A stretch of 64,000 nt of DNA from Candidatus Latescibacterota bacterium (GCA_036343635.1 JAYYVF010000066.1:89931-153930); one strand, 5' to 3'. Positions 45,423 to 55,010 are shown, counted from the first letter of the stretch. Notes: generated by a model not told the origin, from the letters alone. Translations and numbers: made by a program.

Positions 45423-48400
45423 ATGACTATGAGAAAATCAAAGTTCAACATCATATTTCTATTTATTGTGTCCTCTCAAGTAGGAATATTGATGGCTGCG
45501 ACTAATGAATGGTCGAATGCGGGGAGTGGTATTTCCGCTGCAGTCAATGTTGTCGATTTTCACGAGGGACATTTGGACACACTCTATGCGGGGTCTGTGC
45601 ATGGGTTGTATCGGAGTGACGATGGAGGTCGTAATTGGCAACTGCGTGGGGTATCTTTGATCGATCGAAACATACTTAGCCTTGCTATCAATCCTCAGAA
45701 GCCCAAAACTGTCTACGCGGGAACGAGGTCCGGCATGTGGTTGAGCGAAGATGCAGGATCCACTTGGGCGGCGGTCGCAGGTTTTGATACGGGAGTGCTC
45801 AGTCTTTCGACGGGCATTAATAATCGTGTTTATGCAGGGACTTTTGGCCAAGGTGTTTTTAGGAGTTTGGATGGAGGAGATACTTGGGCCAATATAAGTT
45901 CGGGGTTTTTATCAGAGATTATTTTTTGTGTAGTGGTGCACCCTCTTAACCCAGACATAGTTTACGCTGGTACGGATAACGGTATGTATAAAAGTACAGA
46001 TGCCGGAGTAAACTGGACCTTAATGGATGAATTTTCAGGTTTAAGTGTTCGCAGCATAGCCATCGGAGTCGAAGCTGGAAGCGGTTCAGTTAATGTTGGC
46101 ACTTTTGGTCAAGGGGTCTTTATAAGTAGTGATGGGGGGAACCAATGGCAAGCTTCGAATAATGGTTTAACGGATTTGAATGTTCGTGCCATTGCTATTG
46201 ATTCAGAGAGCCCCGGTGTGTTTTTTGCAGGGACTTCGTCAGAAGGTTTTTACCGCAGTAAAGATAGCGGTCGCACCTGGTCATCAATTAACAATGGTCT
46301 CTCAAACCTCTCTGTCCGAACGATTTCATTGATATCAGGGGATGAACGAAGAGTATTGGTGGGGACGGCTGGTTCAGGTGTCTATTCAATTGATTTTGTT
46401 CCGGAGCCAATAATAAGAACGAGCGTTTATAAGCTTGATCTAGGTGCAGTGAAGGTGTCGGAAACAGATTTTAAAATGTTTGAAATATATAACGATGGTA
46501 CGGAAGAATTAATTGTTTCAGAAATAATAACCAAAAATACCGGAAACTTTTCAGTCAGTTTGAAAGATTTTGTTATTCCTGTCGGCGGGTCTAAACAGAT
46601 CCAAATTGATTTTCATCCTGTAGCTGTGGGTGATATCGTAGAAAATATTGAAATCAAAAGTAACGATAGAGATACTCCGGTTTCAGAGTTAGAGGTAATA
46701 GGCCTCGGGCAACAAGTATCATTAATCCTGACTCCATCAGAGGTTCAATTTGATGATGTCGCACTTGATTCCTATGTGGACACTTTCATAGTTTTATCGA
46801 ATATCGGTAATATCTCAGCCAAGTTACGTAATGCTTATTTTGAAAATGACTCTTTTCGTCTAATGAGTATTCTTCCGAATTTGTTATTACCTGGGAATGA
46901 AATAAAACTCCAATTGCGTTTTATACCTTCGATAGCGAAGGGAATATCGTCTCGTTTCGTGGTGTTAGGAGAAGATGATTCAAAGGTCGAAGCTACTGTA
47001 GATGGTGTTGGGTCTGCATCGGAATTGACGCTTTCAACAACGAATTTTGATTTTTCTACCGTCGAATTGGTGTCTGATTCCTTAGGGGTTGTTTTGATAA
47101 GTAACAGTGGAAACATTTCACTAAGGGTGGATGAGTTGTCTGTTGATGGACAGGGCTTTACTGTTGCATCTGAGGAAAGTTTTGTGGTTGAGCCAGCTCA
47201 AGAACATCGAGTAGTGATTCGATTTTCTCCTCAAACAGCTGGCGAATATGTTGGTCAACTCGTAATCAGAAGTGATGCAAGGATCAATGCCGAAGTTCGG
47301 GTTCCATTACGCGGTATTGGCAGTGCTCTTGCCTTAAGAGCACAGAATGGTCTGCATGTCGGCCGAGGGATATCAAGGATGCTCAATGCTGATTTAGATG
47401 CAAATGGAGCGATCGATATCGTTTTGGCAGATAGTGTGGCGGGGTCTTTGCGTATTTTATTGAACGATGGTAATGGAAATTTTGGGACGCAACAGAGAAT
47501 ACCGTCGAACAGTGTAACGTATGGAGATTGGGATAGCCCGAACTCCATGGCCGTCGCACCGATATATGGTGAGGCGCCTGATTTAATTGTTGCTGATCCA
47601 ATGGCCAGAACATTGTCGGTACTCAGGAATAATGGGGCCGGAGATTTGGCCTCGGATAGAAACGATATTTATATCGGTTACACGGTCGCGGCTGTTTTGC
47701 CTCTTGATGTTGATGCAGATGGGGATTTTGATCTTGCAACAGCAAATAGTGATGCTGCCTCGGTAATGGTTCTCCAGAACAATGGCCGAGGGACGTTTAG
47801 CACTCGCGATGCCTATCAAGTCGCGTTGAGCCCTACTGATTTAACAGGTGGCAACCTGAATGAAGATGTCTATCCAGATATTGTCGTTGCCAACAGCGGA
47901 TCCGGTAGTGTTTCGATAATGTTGGGAGATGGTAGTGGAAAGTTTGATGAACCATATGAAATTCAAGTTGGATTGGGTACGACCCGTGTCCATATTGCAG
48001 ATATTGATGCCGATGGTGACAACGATATTATAGCCGCAAATCAGGAGTCTAAAGATATCGCTATAGTTTTAAATGATGGTGATGGAACTTTTTACCTTGA
48101 CCAGAGAGTCCCTGTCGGATTGGCGCCAATTGATATGGATTTGTCGGATTTGACGCTGGATGTTTTTAGTGACATAGTGGTAGTCGGTGGCGACGGTGAT
48201 TTTTTGACTTTTATTGAAAACAATGGTAATTCGAATTATAGTACTCGCCAAGTAGTAACAGCGAAATCTGTTCTTTCAGATGTTGCCATTTTTGATGTAA
48301 ATAATGACGGAGCAAATGACATTGTTGCAATTGCTCCGTCTGATGAGGAGCTTGTTGTCTTTTTAAATGAAGACGCCCGACGCGGTGATGCCCCTAGACC

Positions 48401-50351
48401 TCCAACTAAGTTGACGGCAAATGATCTTGGCCAGGATTTGGGTCGTCGCGTTGAACTGCAATGGGTTGCCCCGGAAATAGATGAACAACTAGGCAGAACA
48501 ACCCATTACGTAATTTACAGAGCGGATGATCGTGAAGGAGACTATGTTGCGATAGATACCGTTGGTCAGGGTCTTCGTAGATATGTTGATGTAGCGGCAA
48601 CCTTAGTGGATACGTTCTTCTATAACGTTGTTGCTAGTAATGCTTCTGTCTCATCTACTCCTTCTGACACGGTGTGGGCTATTTCCCAACCTGCTCCTTT
48701 TTTCGAATTTGAAGTCAGGAATGAAGGGCCTTATAGTATCGGTGATACAATAGCTATTCGCACTTTTTTGATACCTACTGTGCATTCAGTGACGGGAATT
48801 TCTCTTTATTTGTCGTACGATGATTCTTCTTTAACACTCATTGATGCCCTTACTGATTCATTGATTACTAATCTGTCTAAAAGTTTGTCCGCTGCTGTTC
48901 CATTTAATGTGGATGGACTATTTACTGGACGTGTTTATCAGAACAAATTACATGATGGAGAAGTTGGAAAGGTAGATCTGTCAATATTACATTCAGTTGG
49001 GACGGCCTTGGTAGACCCGGGTATCGATCCGGTTTATTTAGGAGAGCTTCGGTTTGTGGCAAATGTAGAAGATCAGTCTATTTTATACATAGACAATGAT
49101 GTAATCAATAATCGTATAAGTGCTATAGCGGATGTCGATGGTAGTTTGGTAATGCCGTTCATTCCAGCGATTCCGCTAGAAATAGCTGTGAGTGATTTTT
49201 TAGTTAGAGGAAATATAAAATTACAGGGTTGGCCTGCAAATACAGGTAGTGCAGTAACGGTGCTGCTTTATGACGAAGCAGGAAAATTGTTCATGTCTCC
49301 ATCAAACGATCTAGACCCTCTTAAATTTGGAATTCAGCGTTTGGTTGATAGAAATGGAGATTTTAACCTTCGTCAGGTCCCACCAGGTAGTTACGATGTT
49401 TTGGTGAAATCTCCGACTCATTTACAGGTTCGGGCTCAGGGTGGGAAAGTCGTGGTAGGAGAGGAATTGGCCGATACTACACTGAGTTTTGAATGGGTTG
49501 GTCGAGATACCAGTTCGATTTTATTGGCTGGCGACGCAAATGATGATAACAGAATTAATCTAGCTGACTTTGCGCTTCTGGTCGATTTTTTCAATCAGAA
49601 TGTGGCACAGGAACCAAAGGCTCGCCAAAGTGATTTTAATGGTGACGATACTGTTAACATAGCGGATTTTTTCTTATTGGCAGAGAATTTTGGTCTTGTA
49701 GGTATGGAGTGGAGTCTACCGGCAAGCAAGCGATCCAGAATTGTGTACGAATTGGAACGAGGGCAGTATGGAGGGCTGAGGCTCAGTAACAGCCTATCTT
49801 TGCGAGGTATGGCTCTGCTGGTTGGTGGTGACAGTCCGAATGACTTGACAATTACAGGTAGTATTTGGGATAGGCCTGATGTTGTGACACGAATTTGGCA
49901 GGAAAAAAATGGATTAAGGATCGCCAGCGTTTTGACAGATGGAGCGGTTGAAGCCGGCGCTGGTTCACCGGTTCTAGGTCTTCCTTCTGACATGAGTTTG
50001 CTAAGCGGCGAATTATTGATGGAGGATGGTAGAATCCTTCGTGTAGGTATGAAAGAGAAAGTTTATTTAAATGCCACGAATAAACTTTTGAATAATTACC
50101 CTAATCCATTCAACCCACAAACAACAATTCCATTTGTTCTTGCTAATGATTCTCACATTGATTTAAAAATTTACAACTCTCTGGGGCAAATTGTTCGGTC
50201 TTTATTCAGTGGACAGATTAAAGGGGGATCTCATAATTTTAATTGGGACGGGAGAAATGATGTGGAGAAACCTGTTGCCTCAGGAATTTATTTCTATCGT
50301 TTACGTGTGAAAGATCAAGCAATGGTTCGAAGGTTGCTGCTCGTTCGATAA
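45423..50351 (+). CDS. Giant T9SS cargo 'C': BNR/Asp-box propeller + 3 HYDIN/PapD-like Ig domains + FG-GAP/VCBS propeller + FN3 + cohesin-like + CarboxypepD_reg-like + dockerin-like + T9SS CTD
   Basis: Asp-boxes 'SDDGGRNW', 'SEDAGSTW', 'SLDGGDTW', 'STDAGVNW', 'SSDGGNQW', 'SKDSGRTW'. FG-GAP loops 'DLDANGAIDIV', 'DVDADGDFDL', 'DIDADGDNDII', 'DVNNDGANDIV'. Cohesin-like 'IGDTIAIRTFLIPTVHSVTGISLYLSYDDSSLTL'. The dockerin and CTD are listed separately. Confidence 0.8.
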   Translation: MTMRKSKFNIIFLFIVSSQVGILMAATNEWSNAGSGISAAVNVVDFHEGHLDTLYAGSVHGLYRSDDGGRNWQLRGVSLIDRNILSLAINPQKPKTVYAGTRSGMWLSEDAGSTWAAVAGFDTGVLSLSTGINNRVYAGTFGQGVFRSLDGGDTWANISSGFLSEIIFCVVVHPLNPDIVYAGTDNGMYKSTDAGVNWTLMDEFSGLSVRSIAIGVEAGSGSVNVGTFGQGVFISSDGGNQWQASNNGLTDLNVRAIAIDSESPGVFFAGTSSEGFYRSKDSGRTWSSINNGLSNLSVRTISLISGDERRVLVGTAGSGVYSIDFVPEPIIRTSVYKLDLGAVKVSETDFKMFEIYNDGTEELIVSEIITKNTGNFSVSLKDFVIPVGGSKQIQIDFHPVAVGDIVENIEIKSNDRDTPVSELEVIGLGQQVSLILTPSEVQFDDVALDSYVDTFIVLSNIGNISAKLRNAYFENDSFRLMSILPNLLLPGNEIKLQLRFIPSIAKGISSRFVVLGEDDSKVEATVDGVGSASELTLSTTNFDFSTVELVSDSLGVVLISNSGNISLRVDELSVDGQGFTVASEESFVVEPAQEHRVVIRFSPQTAGEYVGQLVIRSDARINAEVRVPLRGIGSALALRAQNGLHVGRGISRMLNADLDANGAIDIVLADSVAGSLRILLNDGNGNFGTQQRIPSNSVTYGDWDSPNSMAVAPIYGEAPDLIVADPMARTLSVLRNNGAGDLASDRNDIYIGYTVAAVLPLDVDADGDFDLATANSDAASVMVLQNNGRGTFSTRDAYQVALSPTDLTGGNLNEDVYPDIVVANSGSGSVSIMLGDGSGKFDEPYEIQVGLGTTRVHIADIDADGDNDIIAANQESKDIAIVLNDGDGTFYLDQRVPVGLAPIDMDLSDLTLDVFSDIVVVGGDGDFLTFIENNGNSNYSTRQVVTAKSVLSDVAIFDVNNDGANDIVAIAPSDEELVVFLNEDARRGDAPRPPTKLTANDLGQDLGRRVELQWVAPEIDEQLGRTTHYVIYRADDREGDYVAIDTVGQGLRRYVDVAATLVDTFFYNVVASNASVSSTPSDTVWAISQPAPFFEFEVRNEGPYSIGDTIAIRTFLIPTVHSVTGISLYLSYDDSSLTLIDALTDSLITNLSKSLSAAVPFNVDGLFTGRVYQNKLHDGEVGKVDLSILHSVGTALVDPGIDPVYLGELRFVANVEDQSILYIDNDVINNRISAIADVDGSLVMPFIPAIPLEIAVSDFLVRGNIKLQGWPANTGSAVTVLLYDEAGKLFMSPSNDLDPLKFGIQRLVDRNGDFNLRQVPPGSYDVLVKSPTHLQVRAQGGKVVVGEELADTTLSFEWVGRDTSSILLAGDANDDNRINLADFALLVDFFNQNVAQEPKARQSDFNGDDTVNIADFFLLAENFGLVGMEWSLPASKRSRIVYELERGQYGGLRLSNSLSLRGMALLVGGDSPNDLTITGSIWDRPDVVTRIWQEKNGLRIASVLTDGAVEAGAGSPVLGLPSDMSLLSGELLMEDGRILRVGMKEKVYLNATNKLLNNYPNPFNPQTTIPFVLANDSHIDLKIYNSLGQIVRSLFSGQIKGGSHNFNWDGRNDVEKPVASGIYFYRLRVKDQAMVRRLLLVR
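49524..49695 (+). other. Dockerin-like module in C (approximate coordinates)
   Basis: 'GDANDDNRINLADFALLVDFF...SDFNGDDTVNIADFFLLAENFG' forms two canonical Ca-loop + helix segments. Confidence 0.7.
50085..50348 (+). other. T9SS type-A C-terminal sorting domain of C
   Basis: 'LLNNYPNPFNPQTTIPFVL...IYNSLGQIVRSL...FNWDGRNDVEKPVASGIYFYRL...LLLVR'. Confidence 0.85.
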
Positions 50352-50368
50352 ATTTACACATTTAGTAA

Positions 50369-51307
50369 ATGTTATTTTGTGCTAGTTGTTATCTCTTCAG
50401 AAGATTATACTTGATTGCGGCAATATGTTTCTTGAATTTCGACCTAGTGAATTCTCAAGACGTTGATTACCGGGAAATAACTTATGTCGATTCTTCTTCG
50501 CTAGGTTACAAAACATACTTTGCTAAAGATTCCGAAGTTTTTTCTGCTTCCACTTGGCGGGATCTTTTTTTGAAACAAGTAACAAGCGATACTGCCCAAG
50601 TTGCAAAAAGGTTGATCGTCCGATCTCCAGATTCTGTCTCGTTGCGGTCCATGCCGAAAGATATGCTCCAACTCCCAGTTGCAGAAAAAAAAGAATTATT
50701 TTTCTCTGTTATGGGCCGCATTGCTAAGTTCCATAATGATGTGATCGCTGTAAGGCGGGAGCGCTTGATTCGGCTGCTGCATTCAAGTAATGACGATGTT
50801 TTTCTCGAGAAAATGGTAACCGAATACTCACTTGAACGTGTTAATCTTAAAATGCCATCACGTAGAGATACTTTACTTGAACTTTTAACTAGAGTAGACT
50901 GTATACCTCCGTCTCTAATTTTGGCACAGGCAGCTATTGAATCTGGATGGGGGACCTCACGTTTTGCGCGAGAGGGAAACAATTTGTTTGGCCAACGAGT
51001 TTGGAGTGATAAAATTCCTGGAATGGAAGCAAGTGGGAGATCGGATGCTAAGTTTCGATTAGCTGTCTATACTAGCATTTCTGAAAGTGTAAAAGGCTAT
51101 TTGCGCAATTTGAATACGCATCCTTTTTATCAGTCTCTTCGCGTAATTCGGAAGCGCAAAAGAGATCAAGATCAAAGTGTTTTTGGCTTGGATCTCGTAG
51201 GCCAGTTAGGTTCTTATTCGATACGTGGTGAAGCATATATTTCCGATGTTACAAGAATGATTGAATTCAACAATCTTTCACAGTTAGATGAAAAAGCCTG
51301 TATATAA
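50369..51307 (+). CDS. Bax-like mannosyl-glycoprotein endo-beta-N-acetylglucosaminidase domain protein
   Basis: 'LILAQAAIESGWGTSRFAREGNNLFGQR' is the glucosaminidase (FlgJ/Bax-type) catalytic signature. N-terminal hydrophobic anchor. Confidence 0.75.
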   Translation: MLFCASCYLFRRLYLIAAICFLNFDLVNSQDVDYREITYVDSSSLGYKTYFAKDSEVFSASTWRDLFLKQVTSDTAQVAKRLIVRSPDSVSLRSMPKDMLQLPVAEKKELFFSVMGRIAKFHNDVIAVRRERLIRLLHSSNDDVFLEKMVTEYSLERVNLKMPSRRDTLLELLTRVDCIPPSLILAQAAIESGWGTSRFAREGNNLFGQRVWSDKIPGMEASGRSDAKFRLAVYTSISESVKGYLRNLNTHPFYQSLRVIRKRKRDQDQSVFGLDLVGQLGSYSIRGEAYISDVTRMIEFNNLSQLDEKACI

Positions 51308-52393
51308 ATGCTCTTTTTATTGTTGTTGCTGCTGTTTCGTAACCCTATTTATGGCGACGAAATTGAATTGCGTCCCAGATACGTGAGTATTTTGTTGTAT
51401 CATCGTTTTGGTGAGAGTAAATACCCTTCGACAAATATTTCTCCCGAATTATTTCGTGAACAGTTAGAGTTTTTGCGTCAGGAGAATTATACAGTACTAA
51501 ATTTGGATCAATTCCGAGATTTGGTATTCAATCGGGAACCATTCCCGAAAAAGTCAGTATTGATAACGATAGATGATGCATATAGCTCTATATACAATTA
51601 CGCTTTTCCTATTCTAAAAGAGTATAATTTCCCATTTACATTGTTTGTAGATGTTCGGCCCTTATCTAGCGGAGCGACGGGTGCCATGACATGGGAAATG
51701 TTGAAAAAAATGATGGAATGGGGAGCCACTGTGGGTAATCATACGTATACCCACGGAAGGATCGGCCGACCTAAATCAAATCAAACCTTGTCTCAATATC
51801 GAGAATGGGTAAAGTCAGATATTTTATTAGCGCAGAAAAGGCTTAATGAGAATGGCATTTTTACCGATGTCATTGCCTATCCTTATGGCGAATACAATGA
51901 AGTCGTTGTCGACGTTGCTCGAGAAGTGGGATTCGAATTGATGTTTGCCCAAGACGAGGGAGCAGTTGACTCTACGGTCGATTTAACTCGTATCCCGCGT
52001 TTACCTATTGTCGGTGGAAATATGGATGAGACTCGATTCAAATATAAGCTCAATTTATCTCCATTACATGTCTCGAATTTAGTTCCATCCGCAATTGAAA
52101 TGACGACTAATCCGCCACCATATTTTTCGCTTCGAATTGTTGATCCGAGTAGATATCGTCCCGGCGTAGTAAACGCATTTTTTTCTGAAGTCGGTCGGCT
52201 TGATATTTCTTATGACGGGAAAAGTGGAGAGATCAAATCGGTGATTGAATCACCTTTTGAACGCCAAATAAATCGTTTGATTGTCACTGCTCGGGAAAAG
52301 AATAGTCCACATTTTTCTATGTTTTCGCGGTTGTATGTGAGGCCGTTGGTCGAATTAGGGTTAATTCCTGATTCTTTAGATATAAAAAAATAA
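51308..52393 (+). CDS. Polysaccharide deacetylase (NodB-fold, PgaB-like) with an extra C-terminal domain
   Basis: Signal peptide, plus NodB motifs 'LITIDDAYSS', 'PFTLFV' and 'GNHTYTH'. The ATG immediately follows the preceding stop. Confidence 0.8.
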   Translation: MLFLLLLLLFRNPIYGDEIELRPRYVSILLYHRFGESKYPSTNISPELFREQLEFLRQENYTVLNLDQFRDLVFNREPFPKKSVLITIDDAYSSIYNYAFPILKEYNFPFTLFVDVRPLSSGATGAMTWEMLKKMMEWGATVGNHTYTHGRIGRPKSNQTLSQYREWVKSDILLAQKRLNENGIFTDVIAYPYGEYNEVVVDVAREVGFELMFAQDEGAVDSTVDLTRIPRLPIVGGNMDETRFKYKLNLSPLHVSNLVPSAIEMTTNPPPYFSLRIVDPSRYRPGVVNAFFSEVGRLDISYDGKSGEIKSVIESPFERQINRLIVTAREKNSPHFSMFSRLYVRPLVELGLIPDSLDIKK

Positions 52394-52420
52394 AAACCGG
52401 ACCATATAATTGGCCGATTC

Positions 52421-53131
52421 TTATACTTTTCCATCTTGTTTTTTCTTAAAATCAATCACATTCTGTTGTGGCGAAATATTTATTTCGTCGATTACGGTGC
52501 CATTTCTTGTAGTGATAGCTTGGTATATTGTAGATGCGATGTCTTCGACCTCAATGGCATGTTGACCATGTGGTCCAGGTTGGAATTTTAGGTTAGAAAA
52601 AAATGGTGTCCGTACCATTCCTGGGTTAATTAAAGTTACGCGAATACCACATCCGGATACTTCTTCCCTTAGCGCCTGTGAAAAACCTCGAAGAGCAAAT
52701 TTGGATGCTGCATAAACAGTTCCTTGTTGAGTACCTCGAAGAGCAGCCTCTGAACCGATGAATATTATATGTCCCTGCTGTTGATATTTCATTTGTGGTA
52801 TAATTGCGCGTGTTAAGTAAATTGCAGACGTTAAGTTTAAATCGATGACAGAGCGTATTTGGTCGTAGGAGAACTGTTCAAGGTGGCCAAAAAGGCCTTG
52901 GCCTGCGGACAAGATGGCAACGTCGATAGGCTCAATTTTTTTGCAGATAGTATTTAATTTTTCCGGCAGACTTTTTATTTGGCCAAGATCTATAGAGAAG
53001 GCGTCCAAGTTAGCGTGTTGAACTGTCATTGAGCGTCTAGATAAGCCTATTACGGAGTGACCTTCGCTTAATAATTTATTTGTGCAAGCCAGCCCAATGC
53101 CGGATGAACTTCCAGTGATCAGAATTTTCAT
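52421..53131 (-). CDS. Short-chain dehydrogenase/reductase (SDR)
   Basis: 'MKILITGSSSGIGLA' (TGxxxGIG) and the catalytic 'YAASKFALRG' (YxxxK). ATG 53131 forms an ATGA overlap with the upstream stop; the track start at 53164 is less likely. Confidence 0.85.
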   Translation of the reverse strand: MKILITGSSSGIGLACTNKLLSEGHSVIGLSRRSMTVQHANLDAFSIDLGQIKSLPEKLNTICKKIEPIDVAILSAGQGLFGHLEQFSYDQIRSVIDLNLTSAIYLTRAIIPQMKYQQQGHIIFIGSEAALRGTQQGTVYAASKFALRGFSQALREEVSGCGIRVTLINPGMVRTPFFSNLKFQPGPHGQHAIEVEDIASTIYQAITTRNGTVIDEINISPQQNVIDFKKKQDGKV

Positions 53132-54141
53132 ATTGCAATTTTTTCGGTTGTGATTGATGGACATGGAAAAATAATGTCTGAAGGTACATAGCTTTCCAAA
53201 GATTTAAGGCAGAACTCGTGCATTTCAGAGGCCCATTTTTCTTGATAAGACACCTGGCCGTTTTGTTGGGTCAAGCCCCATGAAAGAATAGGCTCCTCCG
53301 GATACAAGGTTTGAATTCGTTTGAACATTTTCGTTGGTAATCTAAACTGGCCCAAACTCACTGAATGAATACTGCTCAAAGAAACGTTGTTGAATACATA
53401 GTGGAAGAGTGAGCTGTATTGGGCTTTCCAATCTTTATGATAAATTAGAGGATCAAATCGCAGTCCAATAGGCCATCCATTGGAAGATAGCTTTGTTATA
53501 ACTCGCATTCTTTGGGATAAATTAGGAGTTCCTTTCTCAAGCTCAGTTGAGACACATTGAGGGTTCAAGCTGAAGGCAACCACGCAATTTGGTAGAGCTG
53601 TTCGTTTCAATAAACTTCTTATTTGAACACTTTTGGTGCGGAGTTCAATAATGGCGTCCGAATGCTTTTCAAAGAAATTTAAAAAATGATCGGAAAAACC
53701 ACTTATCGGATCTAAGGCTAGACTGTCGCAATCATACCCAGAAAAAAAATGAGGGCTCTTATTGGCGGATGTAATTTTTTCTTCGATTTGCGCAGAGAAA
53801 TCCTCATAATTGATAAACAGAACAATGTTAGCACTTTGATACATTCCTTGTAAGAAGCAATAACGACAGTCATAAATACAATTCAGCATGTGTGAAAAGT
53901 AATAATTATTTTCCCCTCCAATTCCATAGCCTTCAGGAGTAGGTATCACGATCTTTCCTAATTTTTCCGCAATTATTAAAGCAGGTTGTTGTTTCTGAAA
54001 CCGGAAGTTTTGTTTGCGACGATTAAAGACCTCGTTGTAACGCTCGCATATTATGTGCTCCGCTTGGGGAAACCTATCAAGTATTTCTCTGGTCCTTTGA
54101 TTTTTTACCAAAGATTTTTCGATATATATTAGTCTGAACAT
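53128..54141 (-). CDS. Spore-photoproduct-lyase-family radical SAM protein (SPL-like, in a non-sporulation context)
   Basis: Radical-SAM cluster motif 'CIYDCRYCFLQG' (CxxxCxxC). Overall length and N-terminal 'IYIEK...ILDRFP' resemble SplB-family proteins. Confidence 0.65.
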   Translation of the reverse strand: MFRLIYIEKSLVKNQRTREILDRFPQAEHIICERYNEVFNRRKQNFRFQKQQPALIIAEKLGKIVIPTPEGYGIGGENNYYFSHMLNCIYDCRYCFLQGMYQSANIVLFINYEDFSAQIEEKITSANKSPHFFSGYDCDSLALDPISGFSDHFLNFFEKHSDAIIELRTKSVQIRSLLKRTALPNCVVAFSLNPQCVSTELEKGTPNLSQRMRVITKLSSNGWPIGLRFDPLIYHKDWKAQYSSLFHYVFNNVSLSSIHSVSLGQFRLPTKMFKRIQTLYPEEPILSWGLTQQNGQVSYQEKWASEMHEFCLKSLESYVPSDIIFPCPSITTEKIAI

Positions 54142-54161
54142 TTCCGAATTGTCTCTTTGCG

Positions 54162-55010
54162 TTAAGCATCTTTACTTGATAAATCTGGTGCGTTTTTTAC
54201 GTCCGATAGTGCATTCTTTAATTTAATCAAAACTTCATGACTTGATGCTGGTGTTTTAATCCATGGGAGTTTATGGGAAGAAACGGTTTGCCACTGTCTT
54301 AATAGACGAAGCAATTCAGATTGTTGCGTTTGGCTGAATTTCCAGCGAGTTATTGCTTCGGTATAAAAACTGGGATTCGCTTCTAATTCAATCCAAGATT
54401 TAACAAATGGAGCCATGCAGTCATGCAAATTGGTAATGCCGTCAATAGCGGAAGCAATGTGTCCAATAATCACCTTAGATGTTATGTCTTTAAAAGGGTT
54501 TTTGATGTTGTCCGACACAATTTTTATTGAATGTACCAATTCGGCTGGAACATATTGCTGACCTATGTGAAAAAATGCAGAACATTCCATATCGTAAAGG
54601 CAGTTATCTGGATATTTCGAGGTTGGTTGGTCGCATGTTATAATTTTTGATCCACGAAAAGGTGTTTCAAATGGAATAGAGGGGTAGTATGTTGATTTTG
54701 TAGAGTGTTCGACGGCTTTATTTATTAAAAATATGTCACCGATAGATGCTGAGGCGTGACCTGCTATGCCTACATTGACCCATGGGCCAGGATGTTTTTG
54801 AAATTGAATCGAAGTCGCTGAGATAGCTGCTGCGGTAGCTACTTTTCCTTGGCCTGAAATAACCAAACAGACTTCACTAGACTTATAAATCCTGAAGGGG
54901 TTGGGACTGAAATCCTGACGGAGTTGGTAAAAATCGATCAGCGGCCTGGCTTCGCTGGGGAGCGCGACATGAAAGTAAAGCATAGAAAAGAATATAATAG
55001 GAATAGTCAT
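54162..55010 (-). CDS. PNP_UDP_1 (nucleoside phosphorylase / MTA-SAH-nucleosidase-like) family protein
   Basis: 'VALPSEARPL' N-terminal strand-helix, 'LVISGQGKVATAAAI' and 'WVNVGIAGHAS' resemble the phosphorylase family-1 fold. Start is either ATG 55010 or TTG 55019. Confidence 0.5.
   Translation of the reverse strand: MTIPIIFFSMLYFHVALPSEARPLIDFYQLRQDFSPNPFRIYKSSEVCLVISGQGKVATAAAISATSIQFQKHPGPWVNVGIAGHASASIGDIFLINKAVEHSTKSTYYPSIPFETPFRGSKIITCDQPTSKYPDNCLYDMECSAFFHIGQQYVPAELVHSIKIVSDNIKNPFKDITSKVIIGHIASAIDGITNLHDCMAPFVKSWIELEANPSFYTEAITRWKFSQTQQSELLRLLRQWQTVSSHKLPWIKTPASSHEVLIKLKNALSDVKNAPDLSSKDA

Noticed and set aside
25014-50351. Calling the island a cellulosome
   Set aside because: No glycoside hydrolase, carbohydrate esterase, polysaccharide lyase or CBM motif was recognisable. 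Cohesin and dockerin modules are known outside cellulolytic systems, so only a generic cohesin-dockerin scaffold is proposed.
50506-50982. 158-aa antisense ORF, plus similar long antisense ORFs at 45459..45851, 49595..49993, 34547..34948 and 56369..56716
   Set aside because: All are fully embedded opposite strongly supported genes. Their compositions are Ser/Arg/Pro-rich, as is typical of antisense frames, and no motifs are present.
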